A stretch of 64,000 nucleotides of DNA, from assembly GCF_964194155.1 (NCBI RefSeq), contig NC_135907.1, positions 21,266,001 to 21,330,000 on the forward strand, written 5' to 3'. Shown here in pieces: positions 14,136 through 26,415 of this stretch. Position numbers and translations under genes: made by a program. Positions within the stretch are counted from its first letter, which is position 1; every line of letters starts with the position of its first letter. Source of the stretch: Cetorhinus maximus (lineage: Eukaryota). The notes beneath the pieces were generated by a model that did no database searches, was not told the origin of the DNA, and saw only the letters and a list, made by a program, of their open reading frames with translations.

Positions 14136-17100
14136 ATTGAAAATTCAGCCCAGAGGTGAAAGGACAATAGATGAAGCCACTGCCAACCAATTTGCTGACC
14201 CTATGTCTGTCCTTCAAAAGTTCAAATCTTTCTAGTCCAATTTTAAGAAGGTAATGGAGGAATATGTGGTAAATCCAAACATGAATGGTATTCAGTTATT
14301 TGAATGTTTTTGAAGGTCATAAAGTATAAAATAGAACCTATCTTCATCCTGTATAAGTCCGTTAATTTGTAGACTGTTAGACGACGATACATTCTCAGTC
14401 CTAAATCGTCAACTACAAAATATACTAGCATCTCCGTAGCAAATCGTTTCATTGATGCAGAATTACAGTGTCCAGTAGCTGTGGAAGACACAGTGCACCC
14501 TTCCAAGGGTGTTTTTGTTTCTCAACCTGCAAGAGATCCTTTCTAAATCCACCCAGTAAAAGTGCACAATTACCGAGATTTCGATCTGCTGCAGATCTGA
14601 AAGGTAAACCAGAACTTATTGTATCTTAATTTTGACTGTAAAAAGTCCCATGCAGAGTACACGTTTGACTTAGTTGAGCACTCAAGAGCATGTGAGAGCT
14701 ACAATTGCTGTGTGCACTGTTCAGGTGCACCAATAAAAGCTGCTGTACAACAGAGGCACTGTCTTATTGTCCAACTGTATAATTGGTTTGACTTTCTTTG
14801 AATCTCTATTTTTTATGTCCTTTCAAGGCCCTTTGCTGTGACCAGAATGACCTTAAACGTATTCCACATCTAGCAGTAGGATAAGGGATCATGTTTACAC
14901 TTCTCCACATATCGAATTCCAACCTCACCTGTGCAGACACAGCACAACCTCATTTACGGCACGATTTTCTTTTATTCTTTCATGGGATGAGAGTGTCGCT
15001 GACAGGGCCAGCATGGGTTACCCATCCCCAATTCTCCTTGAGAAGGTAGTGGTGAGTATTTGGGATTAGTTGCTCAGGCAGGAAGCAGAGTAAAGATAGT
15101 TCCTTACAGGGAGGGCAACAGAATTGCATAGGCTCCGACAGATACCTAGAGAGTGGCATTTAAGGGGAAGCTAGGGGAGTACATGACGGAGAAAGGGATT
15201 GTTGATAGGAAAACATGAAGTACAGTGGAAGAAGGCTTGTTTGGTCCATAAACGTTGTCTAGACCTCTTAGGCCAGACTCTATGCTATAAAACTCTGTGT
15301 CATTCAATGTATCAATGAGACAAATGGCGGGATTTTCTGCACCCGCCCACTGCCGCGATCTTCCAGTCCTGCCGCAAGTGCAGGTAAATGGGATTAGGTA
15401 GGTCAGGTGTTTCTCACATGTCGGTGCAGACTCGATGGGCCGAAGGGCCTCTTCTGCACTGTGTGATTCTGTGAAGTAAATGGATTTCTGGCTGGGACAC
15501 TGCCCCACCCACGGGGGGCGGGGGGGGGGGGGGGGGGGGGGGGGTGGGGGGGGGTCGGTGAGTGAGTGGTGGGGGGGGTCCCGCCCACTATGGGGCTGGA
15601 AAATCCCGGCCAAATTCTCTGTTCTAACTGGGCAGATATGTGGCATCTTAAAAAGAGATGAATAAAGTAAAACAAGTGACCAAGGTAGATTCTTGGTGTG
15701 GAATTAACGTTGAGGAAACGTAGTCTAAATAAAACCCACAAATATGAACATTCAACATAAGGTGAGCCAATTCCTAGGTCTGAATGGATTCCAGGGGCTG
15801 TACAGGACCCGGTCTAAATAAACTCTGAAGCAAATTCAGTATGCAACAAGTCTTATTTTGAGCAGTTACCTGGCATGACAGCTTAATTTGCAACATAATT
15901 AGCTAGAACTGTCAACATCAGTGTTCGATTTTACACAATGCATTGGACTTACAATCTGAGCTGCATTCTGTTCACCTACACACTAGCCCCTGCAGCTACA
16001 CACTCAGGATGATAGAATGCACAAAACACAAGGAATAGGAGCAGGAGTGGACCACACGGCCTGTCGATCGTGCTCCGCCATTCGACACGATCATGGATGG
16101 ACTTGGGTTTCAACAAGAATTTCCCGCCAGCTCCCCATGTCCCATCAGCGGTGTTCACATATGTATTCCTGTTAAACTCCTAATGTTTCACGGACATTTA
16201 AATAAATGCAAAAAAATGAGTGTGATTAGTAAGCGAGCTTTGCCAGTCAGAAAATCTACCCTATCAAGTCACTAACAGGTGATGGAGGCAAAAGCGTTTA
16301 CAAGCGACTGATCCTGGTGACAGAAAGTAAGTACACAACAACAAATCTCCCATGGTCAGGTTTTATTGGTGGATTCTTTGAATTACATGTGATGGCAGTG
16401 AGTGCTTTGCTACTGGTTACAGGGCTAGTGATCTCGCAAAGCATGTCATCCCATTTTTACACTGTGCCCTCACAATCTGCCTAAAAAGCCTATATCATGC
16501 TACTCCTGAAAGCAGGAAGGGGGAGAATGTCTGGCTGCTCACTTGCGAGGCACACTCAGACTTGGGTTCAACAGGTCGGTTGAGTTCCTCAGTATTGATT
16601 TGTTGGTTTCCCACTTAAGCTTTTTGTTTAGAAATGGAGGTGCTCCAGATCCCAGGAAATCACCCAGAAAAAAAAAAAATTGGGATGTATCTGTGGGTTC
16701 CGGATTCCCCTTGTCCAGATGGCATGAGAGCAGGCAGGTGCCAGTGGACACCGACATGGACTTGATGGTCTGCTTCCAATGCTGCAATGTTGATGCAATT
16801 CTACATATGGACAGGATAGGACGAGGCCAAAAGCGAGGTGGGGGGGTCAACTGGGACAGATCAGCTGTCAGTCATGTCCTCGGTGCTAGGTCAGGTTGTG
16901 AGTGAGCGGTCTCAAGCGTACATCTTCCATTTTTGTCTATAACTACGGGCTATCAAAGCTCAGTCATTGAGCATATTCAAGATTGAGGTCGATGGGTTCT
17001 TGGACACTAAGGGAATCAAGGGGTTTGGGGAGCTGACAGGAAAGTTGAGTTGAAGTTGAAGATCAGCCATATTTTGAATGGCGGAGTGAGCTCGAGAGTC

Positions 17101-17346
17101 TGTAGGCCTACTCCTGCTCCTATTCCTTATGCTCCTAACTGGTCTGTAATCGTTGGCAAAATTTTTTTCTAATGAGTTAATATCCCTCAACTATTTGTTC
17201 AGTCAAATTCCAGGAATTTGTTGACTCTGCTGCCAAATTTGTCAATGAGAGCATTTATACAGCCCAGCAATATTAGCAGCTAAACTAAATCGTAGTAAAC
17301 AGTGTGAAACTTTCTAACAGACATCAAATGGTAGAGAATTCTAGAA

Positions 17347-17352
17347 TTTATT
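17347..17352 (-). other. Polyadenylation signal of locus C
   Basis: AATAAA on the - strand ~100 nt after the stop codon. Confidence 0.55.
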
Positions 17353-17453
17353 CGGGGGGGTGGCGAGGGTGGTGGGGAGCGCTGGAGAATGTTTGGAGAG
17401 AAATGGGTATTGTCGCGTTCAGGGTGAGAGGTGAAAGCCTGCAGTTGCACGAT

Positions 17454-17606
17454 CTACTCCACCCCCAAGGTGTGCTTGTTGAACAGGTATTCAGCCGTGC
17501 CATTCTGCGGGGCTCCTAGGCGATGCAAGTTGGTGATGTGGCTCCCAAGTTTCTTGATGGTCTTGACTTGCTTTTCCAAGTACTGTGTCTCCAGGAAGTC
17601 ACACAA
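17454..17606 (-). CDS. Ferritin locus C, exon 4 ([50 protein letters not shown])
   Basis: ttccag acceptor, 153 nt, TAG stop at 17454-17456. Confidence 0.93.
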   Translation of the reverse strand: MCDFLETQYLEKQVKTIKKLGSHITNLHRLGAPQNGTAEYLFNKHTLGVE

Positions 17607-17744
17607 CTGGAAGAAAATGAAATCAGACTCTGTTTATTGTGCATAAAGTACTAATTGCTTTGAAGCTGAAAGATAATCTAGTTGTCCAGGCGTGAACCAC
17701 TCAGGGCAAGTTATACAAGTTTGTTCATGTCTCCTATTGATAGA

Positions 17745-18180
17745 GGAACATGAGAAATAAGAGCAGGAGTAGGCAATGCAGCACCTTGAACCTGCTCCGC
17801 TACACAATAAGATCATGGTTGAACTTTTATGTCAACTCCACTTTACTTCCCTATCTCCATATTCCTTAATTCCCTCAGTGCCCAAAATCTACCAGTCTCA
17901 GTCTTGAATATACTCAACAACTGAGCATCCATAGCTCTCTGGGGTACAGAATTCCAAAAATTCTCAATCTTCTGAATAAAGAAACTTCTCCTCATCTCAA
18001 TCCTAAATGGCTGAACTCTGACCCTGAGACTATGATCCCTAGTTCTAGGCTCTCCAGCTCGGGGGAAACAGCCTCTCAGCATCTACCCTGTCAAGCCCTC
18101 TAGGAATTCTATACATTTCAATAAGAAAATCTGTCATTCTTTTAAACTCCAAAGAATATTATCCCAATCTACTCAATCAG
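17745..18180 (-). mobile_element. CR1 3' fragment
   Basis: ORF remnant RTRDHSLRVRVQPFRIEMRRSFF...WNSVPQ and a CR1-type 3' tail. Confidence 0.75.
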
Positions 18181-18255
18181 TGCAGGTCCGTTATAATCCA
18201 TTGAAGGATCTAACCTGTGGGGTCTATCGAAACGCTTCTTCCTTCCAAGAGCCTA

Positions 18256-18893
18256 GGGCAAAATTATCCCCCCCGTCAGGGGGTAAGAGAGGGAGCGGGC
18301 ACGAGCGGGCGGGTTCCTGATCAGTGACCCCACTATGCGCTCCCTGTGAGGGCAGGGAGGATTCCCTCAGCCGGGAGTGCGCTCTTTCGCGCATGTATGC
18401 AAAACAGCGCACAGATCTCCCTGATGCTAAGTGCTGCCTCAGGGAAATAGGCTCAGATTTTCAACTTTTAATAAAGGAGTTTAAAAATTTTCCCTGGCAT
18501 GGCCCCTCACGTGACACTGTCACATGAGTTGGGACATGTCCATCACTTTTATTTAAACCTTTCATTAAAATTTAAATACCCTCATGGAACCTCATCCCGC
18601 CAGTGGATGAGGTTTCGTGTTTATTCACAAGCCCGCCAGGGTTCCCGGCCTGCCCGCCAACCTTAAGGTTGGAGGGGCAGGTCCATTAATGAGCTGAATT
18701 GGTTTCCTAATGGCCGTTAGTAGGCCGTTGACAGGTCGGCGGGCGCGCATCCAACTCGGCTGCGCCCCCGCTGGCCTGAAAATGGAAATGGCGCAGGGTG
18801 CCATTGGGAGTTCCACCCGACGTCACCCCGCGTCATTTTACACGTCGGCGAGCAGGCCCCGCGCCCCCACTCACCGACCGGAAGATCCTGCCC
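18256..18893. mobile_element. Non-autonomous DNA transposon, probably PIF/Harbinger-like
   Basis: Imperfect TIRs gggcaaaattatcc / ggaagatcctgccc, each flanked by cta (3-bp duplication); CpG-rich interior. Confidence 0.55.
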
Positions 18894-19249
18894 CTAGTGC
18901 TTTAGAACACCAATGTGACCATTAATGGAGCCAGGATTGGCCAGTTCCAAAATATCCCATCTCCCTTCCCCTATGTCCAAACAGTCAGTTTACTTGTCCA
19001 AATGAAGCAGAAAAGCCGAAGAGAGTTAAACAGCTTCAAACGTTGAGTTAAAGTAAGACTTGAGGACACACAACGGATCCTCTAATTTAATGACCAGTTA
19101 GGAAAGCTCCTGCACCAGGTAGGAGCAGCTAAACTTACCACAAAGAGGGAGGCAGTACCACAGCAACACGCTTGCAGAGCTTTGAAATCCTGACGATTGC
19201 TGGCAGCAAGGTTTTCAGAAATGGTCACCACCTCCGTTTTGGGCAAAAT

Positions 19250-20985
19250 CTAAGGGTGGAATCGTCCGCTCCCGTTTGTGCCGGACATCACAGCGGGCGG
19301 GAGCGCAAAATATCGGGAGATCGCAAAAACCGGTTTCACGTTGTCATAAAGCCAGATTGCAATCGTCTGCTTCCACCCGTCAATGGCGGGTCCCATTTCC
19401 TGCCGCTACATATCGGGAATTCAACGTGCGTATGATGGAACATGTTGGCGGAAAGAGATTTAAGGCGGAATCATCCCAGAGCGGGCGTGAGGAACGACGT
19501 TTTCCCGCCGTATTGTCCGCTTCCCGCCCCATTAGTTATGCAGCCACAGGAAACACGCCATCTCACTGCCGGGCGGCCTCTAGAATCGCTCGCCACACCG
19601 TTACCTCACCGCTTCCTCACTCCGGGTGCCATGTCTAAACTGCAGCCACACACACATTTCTCAATGCTGGCAGCCCAGGACTGCTCCGGTGAAGAGATGG
19701 CCCTGAAAGCCAAGTAGAGTTCAGCGGCCCGTTACTGGAATGCCTTTCGGAGACTCGCCGTGATGTCCTCCACCCCCACTTTGGCCATAGGGGGTCCAGC
19801 AATCTCACCAGTCCGGCTTGGGAGGTGTTGGCAGTGGCAGTCAGCGCTTTGCTTTAGCAATACTTTAGCATCTCATTATAAGCCCTGCTCGCCGGAACCA
19901 TCCCCCCCACGCTGGATCATCCAGGCACATTGGCGTGATTGCCTGGTGACGTGTTTCATAACTGTACATAAGCGACGTGCACCTGGTGAGCTGCACTTCA
20001 CTCGGGACTTTGAGGTTTGTTTGCCGACGTTGCTTCGGGCAGCACTCACGGGCATCAGCACCAGGCTTCACAGGCAGCACCACAGCACTTTTAGGGGGCG
20101 CTCATGGGCAGTTCTCTACCTACCAGACCCTCCATAAGATAGCGGTGGCTTTTTAACGGCTGCAGGGTTGGGGTTTGCTTGGGGAAGGGGGCAAAGTGGC
20201 CTCAGGCAAGGGAAGAGGCTGCAGGGCGAGGGCTGTACTGGGGAAGGAGGGTATCCCAGGGTGTGTGTGGGGGCACAAGTTGATCTGTGCAAGTGGCCTC
20301 AAGATGGTGGGGGCTGAGGAGGCAGTCGCCAGAGGAGATGAGGCCAGATGGAGATGTGAGGGTGTGTGTGAGAGAGTGAGTGGTGATGTCCCTTGAGCTG
20401 GCAGTGAGTGAGATGCCAGTGAGTGTGTGATGGGCTTGTGAGTGTGTGAGTTTAGAGCGATGAGATGGTTGCCTTACCCTGGCTGTACAAATGAGATCAT
20501 TCATCCTCTTTCTGCACTGGATGGCCAACCTCTCCTGTGTAGCGTTGGCACTGATCACCCCTGCCATCGCCTCCCAAGCCGGAGTGGTGAGATTGCTGGA
20601 CCTCCTGCGGCCAGAGTGGGGGTGGAGGACATCACGGTGAGGCCTCCAAAGGCATTCCAGTAACGGGCCACTGAACTCTACTTGGCTTTCAGGCCATGTC
20701 TTCACTGGAGCAGCCCTGGGCTGCAAGCATTGAGAACTGTGTGTGTGGCTGCAGTTTAGATATGGCACCCGGAGTGAGGAAGTGGTGAGGTAACGGTGTG
20801 GTGGATGATTCAGAAGCCACCCGGCAGTGAGATAGTGTGTTTCCTGTAGCTGCATAATTAATGAGGTGGGAAGCGGACAATATGGCGTGAAAACATCGTT
20901 TTTTTAACGCCCGCTCTGGGATGATTCCACCTTAAATCTCTTTCCACCAACGTGTTTCATCATATGCATGTTGAATTCCCAATAC
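19250..20985. mobile_element. Harbinger-like element remnants with a Myb/SANT-like ORF, arranged as a long inverted repeat
   Basis: The - strand ORF contains LTTPAWEAMAGVISANATQERLAIQCRKRMNDL (Myb/SANT-like W...QCRKR pattern); arms ~19415-19848 and ~20547-20980 are inverted copies. Confidence 0.7.
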
Positions 20986-21015
20986 CCTACATATTTTTTT
21001 TTTCTGAATACTTAC

Positions 21016-21141
21016 ATGAGGGTCAGATCTATCTTTGGACAGTTTGTATAGCTCCAGCAGGCTTTGGTTAATATTCTTCTCCAGTTGTAGAGCACATTGC
21101 ATTGCCGAAAGACCATTGTCCCAGTCCTCTTGCTCGGGTCT
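21016..21141 (-). CDS. Ferritin locus C, exon 3 ([42 protein letters not shown])
   Basis: 126 nt, ctctag acceptor, gtaagt donor. Confidence 0.93.
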
Positions 21142-21234
21142 CTAGAGAGACAAGTGTAGCCTGGTTAGTGACGGTCATGTTTATGTACAAGGGAAGCAAA
21201 AAACTCACAGCATTCCATGGATTCTAGGTTATCA

Positions 21235-21720
21235 TTCAATAGGTTGTTCCCTGGGATGAAGAGGCTGTTTTATGAAAAAAAGGTTGAGTAGGTTGGGCCT
21301 ATACCCATTGGAGTTTAGAAGAATGAGAGGTGACTTTATTGAAACATATGAGATTCTTAGGGGGTTTGACAGGTTGGATACTGAGAGGATATTTCCCCTC
21401 ATCTAGAACAAGGGGCACAGTTTCAAAATGAGGGGGTTTCCCTTTTAAAACCGAGATGAGGAGGAATTTCTTCCCTGAGAGGGTCATTAGTTCATCTTTG
21501 GAATTCTCTACCCCAGAGAGCGGTGGAGGCTGGGCCATTGAATGTATTCAAGGGTAAGTTAAACAGATTTTTGACCTACGAGGGAGTCGAAGGTCACGGG
21601 GGACTGGCAGGAAAGTGGGATTGAGGCCATGATCAGGTCAGCCAAGATCTTATTGAATTGTGGAGCAGGCTGGAGGGGCTGAGTGACCTACTCCTGCTCC
21701 TATTTCTTATGTTTCTATGC
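21235..21720 (+). mobile_element. CR1 3' fragment
   Basis: gagtttagaagaatgagaggtga... body and cctactcctgctcctatttcttatgttt tail shared with other CR1 copies. Confidence 0.7.
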
Positions 21721-22191
21721 AGGCATCATATCCATTTTCCCAGCTAGCTTTTTGGTGCTGGTAAATATGCAGAGGTTGAGCTGATGGGCAGTAACACTGC
21801 GGAATGAAGATTTTCCCACTTTGCTCGTAATTGGATACAAAAATATCGAGAGCCGTACGCACTGCTCCAGTCTAATGGGAAGCAGAGATAACGCAGAAGT
21901 TCAGTAATGAAACGCATCAGAGAATAAGGCAAAGAGAAAACAGAGACAGTGCAGGACTTCAGTTGCACCAACATGCTTATATCCTAATCCCAGAAGAGCA
22001 TTCCTTCCTGCTCTAGTGTGACGTTTCCCTAGCATAATTTAATTAGATTCTATAGGGAGTAGTGAACAGAGAGCAGTTTTGTTCAAGAATTCTTTCAGAA
22101 GCTGACTGTAAAACTGCACGAGTTAATAACCAGTTTGCTTTAGACACTTTAAAATAAGTGAGCAGACTCTGATTCACTTGGTAGTACACAG

Positions 22192-22624
22192 CTTGAGAAT
22201 TGCTGAAAAAAAGAGACACGCTTGTCAAAGCTTTTCATCTTGCACTCATCAGGACAGACGCAACAATACCAAATACCAAATTCTGCAACCAGAAAGAATA
22301 TATCCAGATATTGTGCCTTTTTCAATTAAGCAAAAGCATGGGGGAGCAACGGATCACTAGTGAATTCTTCATAGCAACACCTTGACCAATCAGTCGACTT
22401 GCCTTTTTCAATTAAACAAAAGCATGGGGGAACAGCAGATCACTGGTGCATCCTCCATGGCAACATCTCGACCAATCAGAGTCCACTCGCCAACCAATTA
22501 GCATTTTTTTTCTCATGCAGTATAAATTGTTCTTCCCTTTGAAATTTGGTATTCTTGCATCTGTCCTGATGAGTGCAAGATGAAAAGCTTTGACAGCATG
22601 TCTCTTTTTTCAGCAATACTTAAG
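22192..22624. mobile_element. Penelope-like (family 2) terminal-repeat unit with ~80-bp inverted ends, each carrying a hammerhead motif
   Basis: 22199-22275 is the reverse complement of 22545-22617; internal ~68-nt tandem duplication (ttcaattaa...catggggga). Confidence 0.75.
22553..22596 (+). ncRNA. Minimal type I hammerhead ribozyme motif (family 2) with pseudoknot potential
   Basis: CTGTC-CTGATGA-G(TGCAAGA)T-GAAA-AGCT-TT-GACAG; stem I CTGTC/GACAG; loop TGCAAGA is complementary to upstream TCTTGCA. Confidence 0.65.
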
Positions 22625-22693
22625 TTGACTCTGTTCACAACATTTGTCACATAACGAAAGCACATTCCAAATGGTTGTTTTCTACAGACTAAC

Positions 22694-22840
22694 TTTGATA
22701 TCTTGCAGGGTAATATGGCCCCCTCGCTGATTCTGAAATTTCATCAGCTTCTCCGCCTGCTCACGTTCCTTGTCCGAGTGCTTCTTGAAGAATTTCGTGA
22801 AGTTGTCCAGAGCAATGTCACCTCGGTCAAAGTAATATGA
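22694..22840 (-). CDS. Ferritin locus C, exon 2 ([49 protein letters not shown])
   Basis: 147 nt, ttgcag acceptor, gttagt donor; E61K and H65Q equivalents. Confidence 0.93.
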
Positions 22841-25800
22841 CTGCAAAACAGTGTACAGGGTGGGGAGAAATTAATGGAAAATGAATCCATTTGGTTCCCG
22901 AAGTGAGATAATCTGCTTCCTGGAATAGAAAGATACAGAGGGAACAGCAAAGCTTCAATTTTACCTTGGGGTATGAGTGTCACTGAAAAGGCCATCATTT
23001 ATTGTCCATCGCTAATTGCCCTTGAGTAGTTTTTGATGGGCCACCTTCTTGAACCGCTGCAGTCCATGTGGTGCAGAGGGCAGGTAAGAGTCAACCATAA
23101 TGCTGTGGGGCTGGAGTCACATGTAGGCCGGACCACATAAGAATGGCAGATTTCCCACCCATGAAGGTCACTAATGAACCAAATGGGCTTTTACAATAAT
23201 TTGGTAGTTTCGCGATGATTATTACTGAGGCTAGCATTTTATCCTGGATTTATTAGTTAATTGAAGTTATACTCCCCCATGATGGGATTCGAACTCATGT
23301 TTAAGATCATTAGTCCGGGTCTCAGGGTTACTAGTCCAGTAACATTATCACTATGCCACCATCCCTTTGTTCCATAATATACTTCTTATCATTGTTGTGC
23401 CTGTGCAAAATAGTAATTTTTTTGCACTAGAGAATTAGCAAAAAAAATATTTTGCTTCCCCCACATATCCATCCAGCATTATCAGAAGACAAATGCTCTT
23501 TAGAATCGGGGATATATCAGTAATGACTTGGTTTAATGGCCAGCTAATTATTAAAACACATATTAAAACAGAAATGCCTCAGCTCCCTCTGGTCAAGAGA
23601 TGTTTACAATCTGTTACCATTTAGACAGATTCAATCCCTCATTCCCTTCATGCAAACACATCCCTATCCATTTTAATGGGAATTCATGTAAGTAAGCGCA
23701 CACCCAAAGCAGTTCAATATCCATTTCATTACTAACAAGGCCTTCCCATTCAACTGTGACAGGACAGCCATTAGCACAGTTTAAAAAAATGGGCGGACAT
23801 GGTACTGAGTTCCCTTTTTATTAGCTGAAAATTTGGGGACGGTTTCAACTACTGTAGGATCTGTTGGGCCATCGAAAAAGGACAAAAGATTGTTCCCAAA
23901 GACCAAGTTCCTATAAGCAGAACAAGAAGCGGGGAAGATTATTTCAGGCAGTGTTGTCTTAGAGAGCTTAGGTAGACTTAGTTTAAATTTTCGATTATTT
24001 GTAACCATCTCATTGACCAACCCCACCCCCCCCACCACCCACCCAACCAGCCACCCCACTGCTCTCTCTGAGCATAGGTTGTGCCCCAAAACTTGTCCTT
24101 TTTCTAGAATTTTGTACGGGTGAAGGGTGTGACTCTCTGGGAAACTTGAGATTTCTGAACAAGAATTCGGCCTTTCCATCATTGACCAGTGAAATGGGAA
24201 ATGACCTTGCACCTCAATGGCACCTTGATAACACCTCGGCACACTGAATTCCTTCAGGTTACCAAATTAACTCCCGGGGTGGGGAGAGGGTGGAATACAA
24301 AGTGGCAGAAACGACAAATGGTGCTATTGATGCCAAGTGAATTACACCAGCAGTTTCAAGCACTATAGAATCTCAAAGTCTTCCCTTCACTGTAGCTGGG
24401 TCAAAATCCTGAAACTACCTACCTAGCAGCTCTGTGGGTATACCTACATGGACTGCAGCAATTCAAGAAGGCCGCTCACCACCACCTTCTCAAGGGCAAT
24501 TAGGGACGGGCAATAAATGCTGGCCTAGCCAAGCGACACCCACACCCTGCGGAAAGGATTAAAAAAAGAGGAAGACATGGATGTGAAAGGGTGTAGAGGA
24601 GATATACCAGAATGGTTCCAGGGATGAGAGATTTTAGCTACAAGGTTAGATCACAGAAGCTGGGCTCGATCTCTTTAGGCCAAAGGTGATTTGATAGAGC
24701 TATACAAGATAATTACAGGTGTAGGTAAGGTAGACAAAGAAAAGTTGTTCCCATGTCCTGTGGGACACAGTTTTCTGGTTTTGGGCAAGTGATATGGGGG
24801 GCGGCCTGTGAGGAAAAACATTTTAATGCTGCGTGTGGTTTGTTGCTTACAAGGGTGGTGAAAGCAGAGACAATCATTGATTTCAAAAGGAAATTGGATG
24901 GGCACTTGTGTCAAATATACTTATGGGGCAATGGCGATAGAGTGGGGCAATGGGACTGACTGGATTGCTCAACAGAGCCGGCATGGACTCGATGGGCTGA
25001 ATGGCCTCCTTCTGTGTCATAATGACTCTACAATTCCATGTCATGCTCTGGTCACCACGTATGGCAACATTGCCATAACGTTTCATGTTCAGTATTTATA
25101 ATTAGATTGTGAACTCATTATATCAGAAATAGTCAACAGATATTATTGATAAACCACTTGACCAGTTGCTAACACATAATGACAAGAGCAATTCTACCCC
25201 GACCTGTTTATGAACGGACACAATTGGCTCACACCATTACACAACCTATTAAGAGGCGAACGTTTTCTCACTGGTCAGTCGTTAGTCTGTTAAGAATTTG
25301 GGAAAATTGTATCCATAAACACTTGTTGACAACATATGGTAGCTTGTGAGAATACACATTGTGAGAATACACATTGTGAGAATACACATTGCAGAAATTC
25401 ACCACTGGAATCAGTAGCTTTGCTTTGAGGGGGATTTTTGATCTTTGTGGGGAGATCTTCCCCCTTGTGCCACGTTGACAAAAAATAAATCTGTGGGTGT
25501 TAGGCAGCGTGAAAGAAAAAGAAGGAGTTGCATTTATATAGCACCTTTCCCCCCAGGAATCCCAAGGTCATTTTTGAAATACTTCTTGAGATGTATATCC
25601 ACTGCTGTAACGTAGGCATCCTGCACTTTTTAATCACGTTTAATCATTTACTGTAAACATAGAGAAATAAATGTACCGCCAGGCTTTCACTGAGGCCTCT
25701 GTTCAGCAAGATTCAGGTTTGACCATTTAACGCACTCATAATATTCCTTAAATGCTATTTTACAACAGGAGTTATCTGACATTAACCACAATGTTAAACA

Positions 25801-26080
25801 GCACACCCAGGAATGTAGTCTGAGCACCTTAAAAACGTTCTACTCCAAGATTTAATTAATCCCAGAATTTGTCAACGCATCGAATGGTGGGTGACCAGAG
25901 TTGTCACATATACAGGACTGGGAAATAATTATTTTTCAAACTTAATCTAAGCAAAAATAACCAAAAAAAATTGTTTCTTCCTGCAATTCATCACTGACTC
26001 TTTAAAGGGAAACGTACCTTTTGAAAATACCTACATGAATTCATTCAAGTGCCAAACTTAAAGAGATTTGCAGAACTCAC

Positions 26081-26182
26081 CATGGAGATGTAAACATATG
26101 AAGCGTAGAGTTCCATGTTGATCATGCGGTTGACAGCACTCTCACAGTCCTTGTGGTAGTTCGAACGCATATTGTGGTCCAT
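26081..26182 (-). CDS. Ferritin locus C, exon 1 ([34 protein letters not shown])
   Basis: ggcATGG start at 26182, 102 nt, gtgagt donor. Confidence 0.92.
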
Positions 26183-26267
26183 GCCGAACACGTTGTCAAT
26201 GCACGGTAAAATACCCGATGTTCAAAAGTCTTCTGATGTGATTGGGGGTTAAGGAATGGCTGCTGGT

Positions 26268-26415
26268 GACAGGTGTGCAGAGGTCTGGAGGTGTATCTCA
26301 GGTGCACCTGAGTTTATATTGCTCAGGTACAGCCTGGCTTTAACTTCAAGTTGCTGCATGCTCCATGAGTGACAGCTCTTCCAACTAATAGGCCAGCTGC
26401 TTTGACTCAGGTGCT
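26268..26415 (-). promoter_or_regulatory. Locus C promoter: TATAAA plus an E-box cluster
   Basis: TATAAA on the - strand at 26313-26318; CAGGTG/CACCTG/CAGCTG at about 26270, 26299, 26305, 26393 and 26408. Confidence 0.5.

Noticed and set aside
15146-15741. Proline-rich ORFs
   Set aside because: They come from a long G homopolymer run within repeat-derived sequence.
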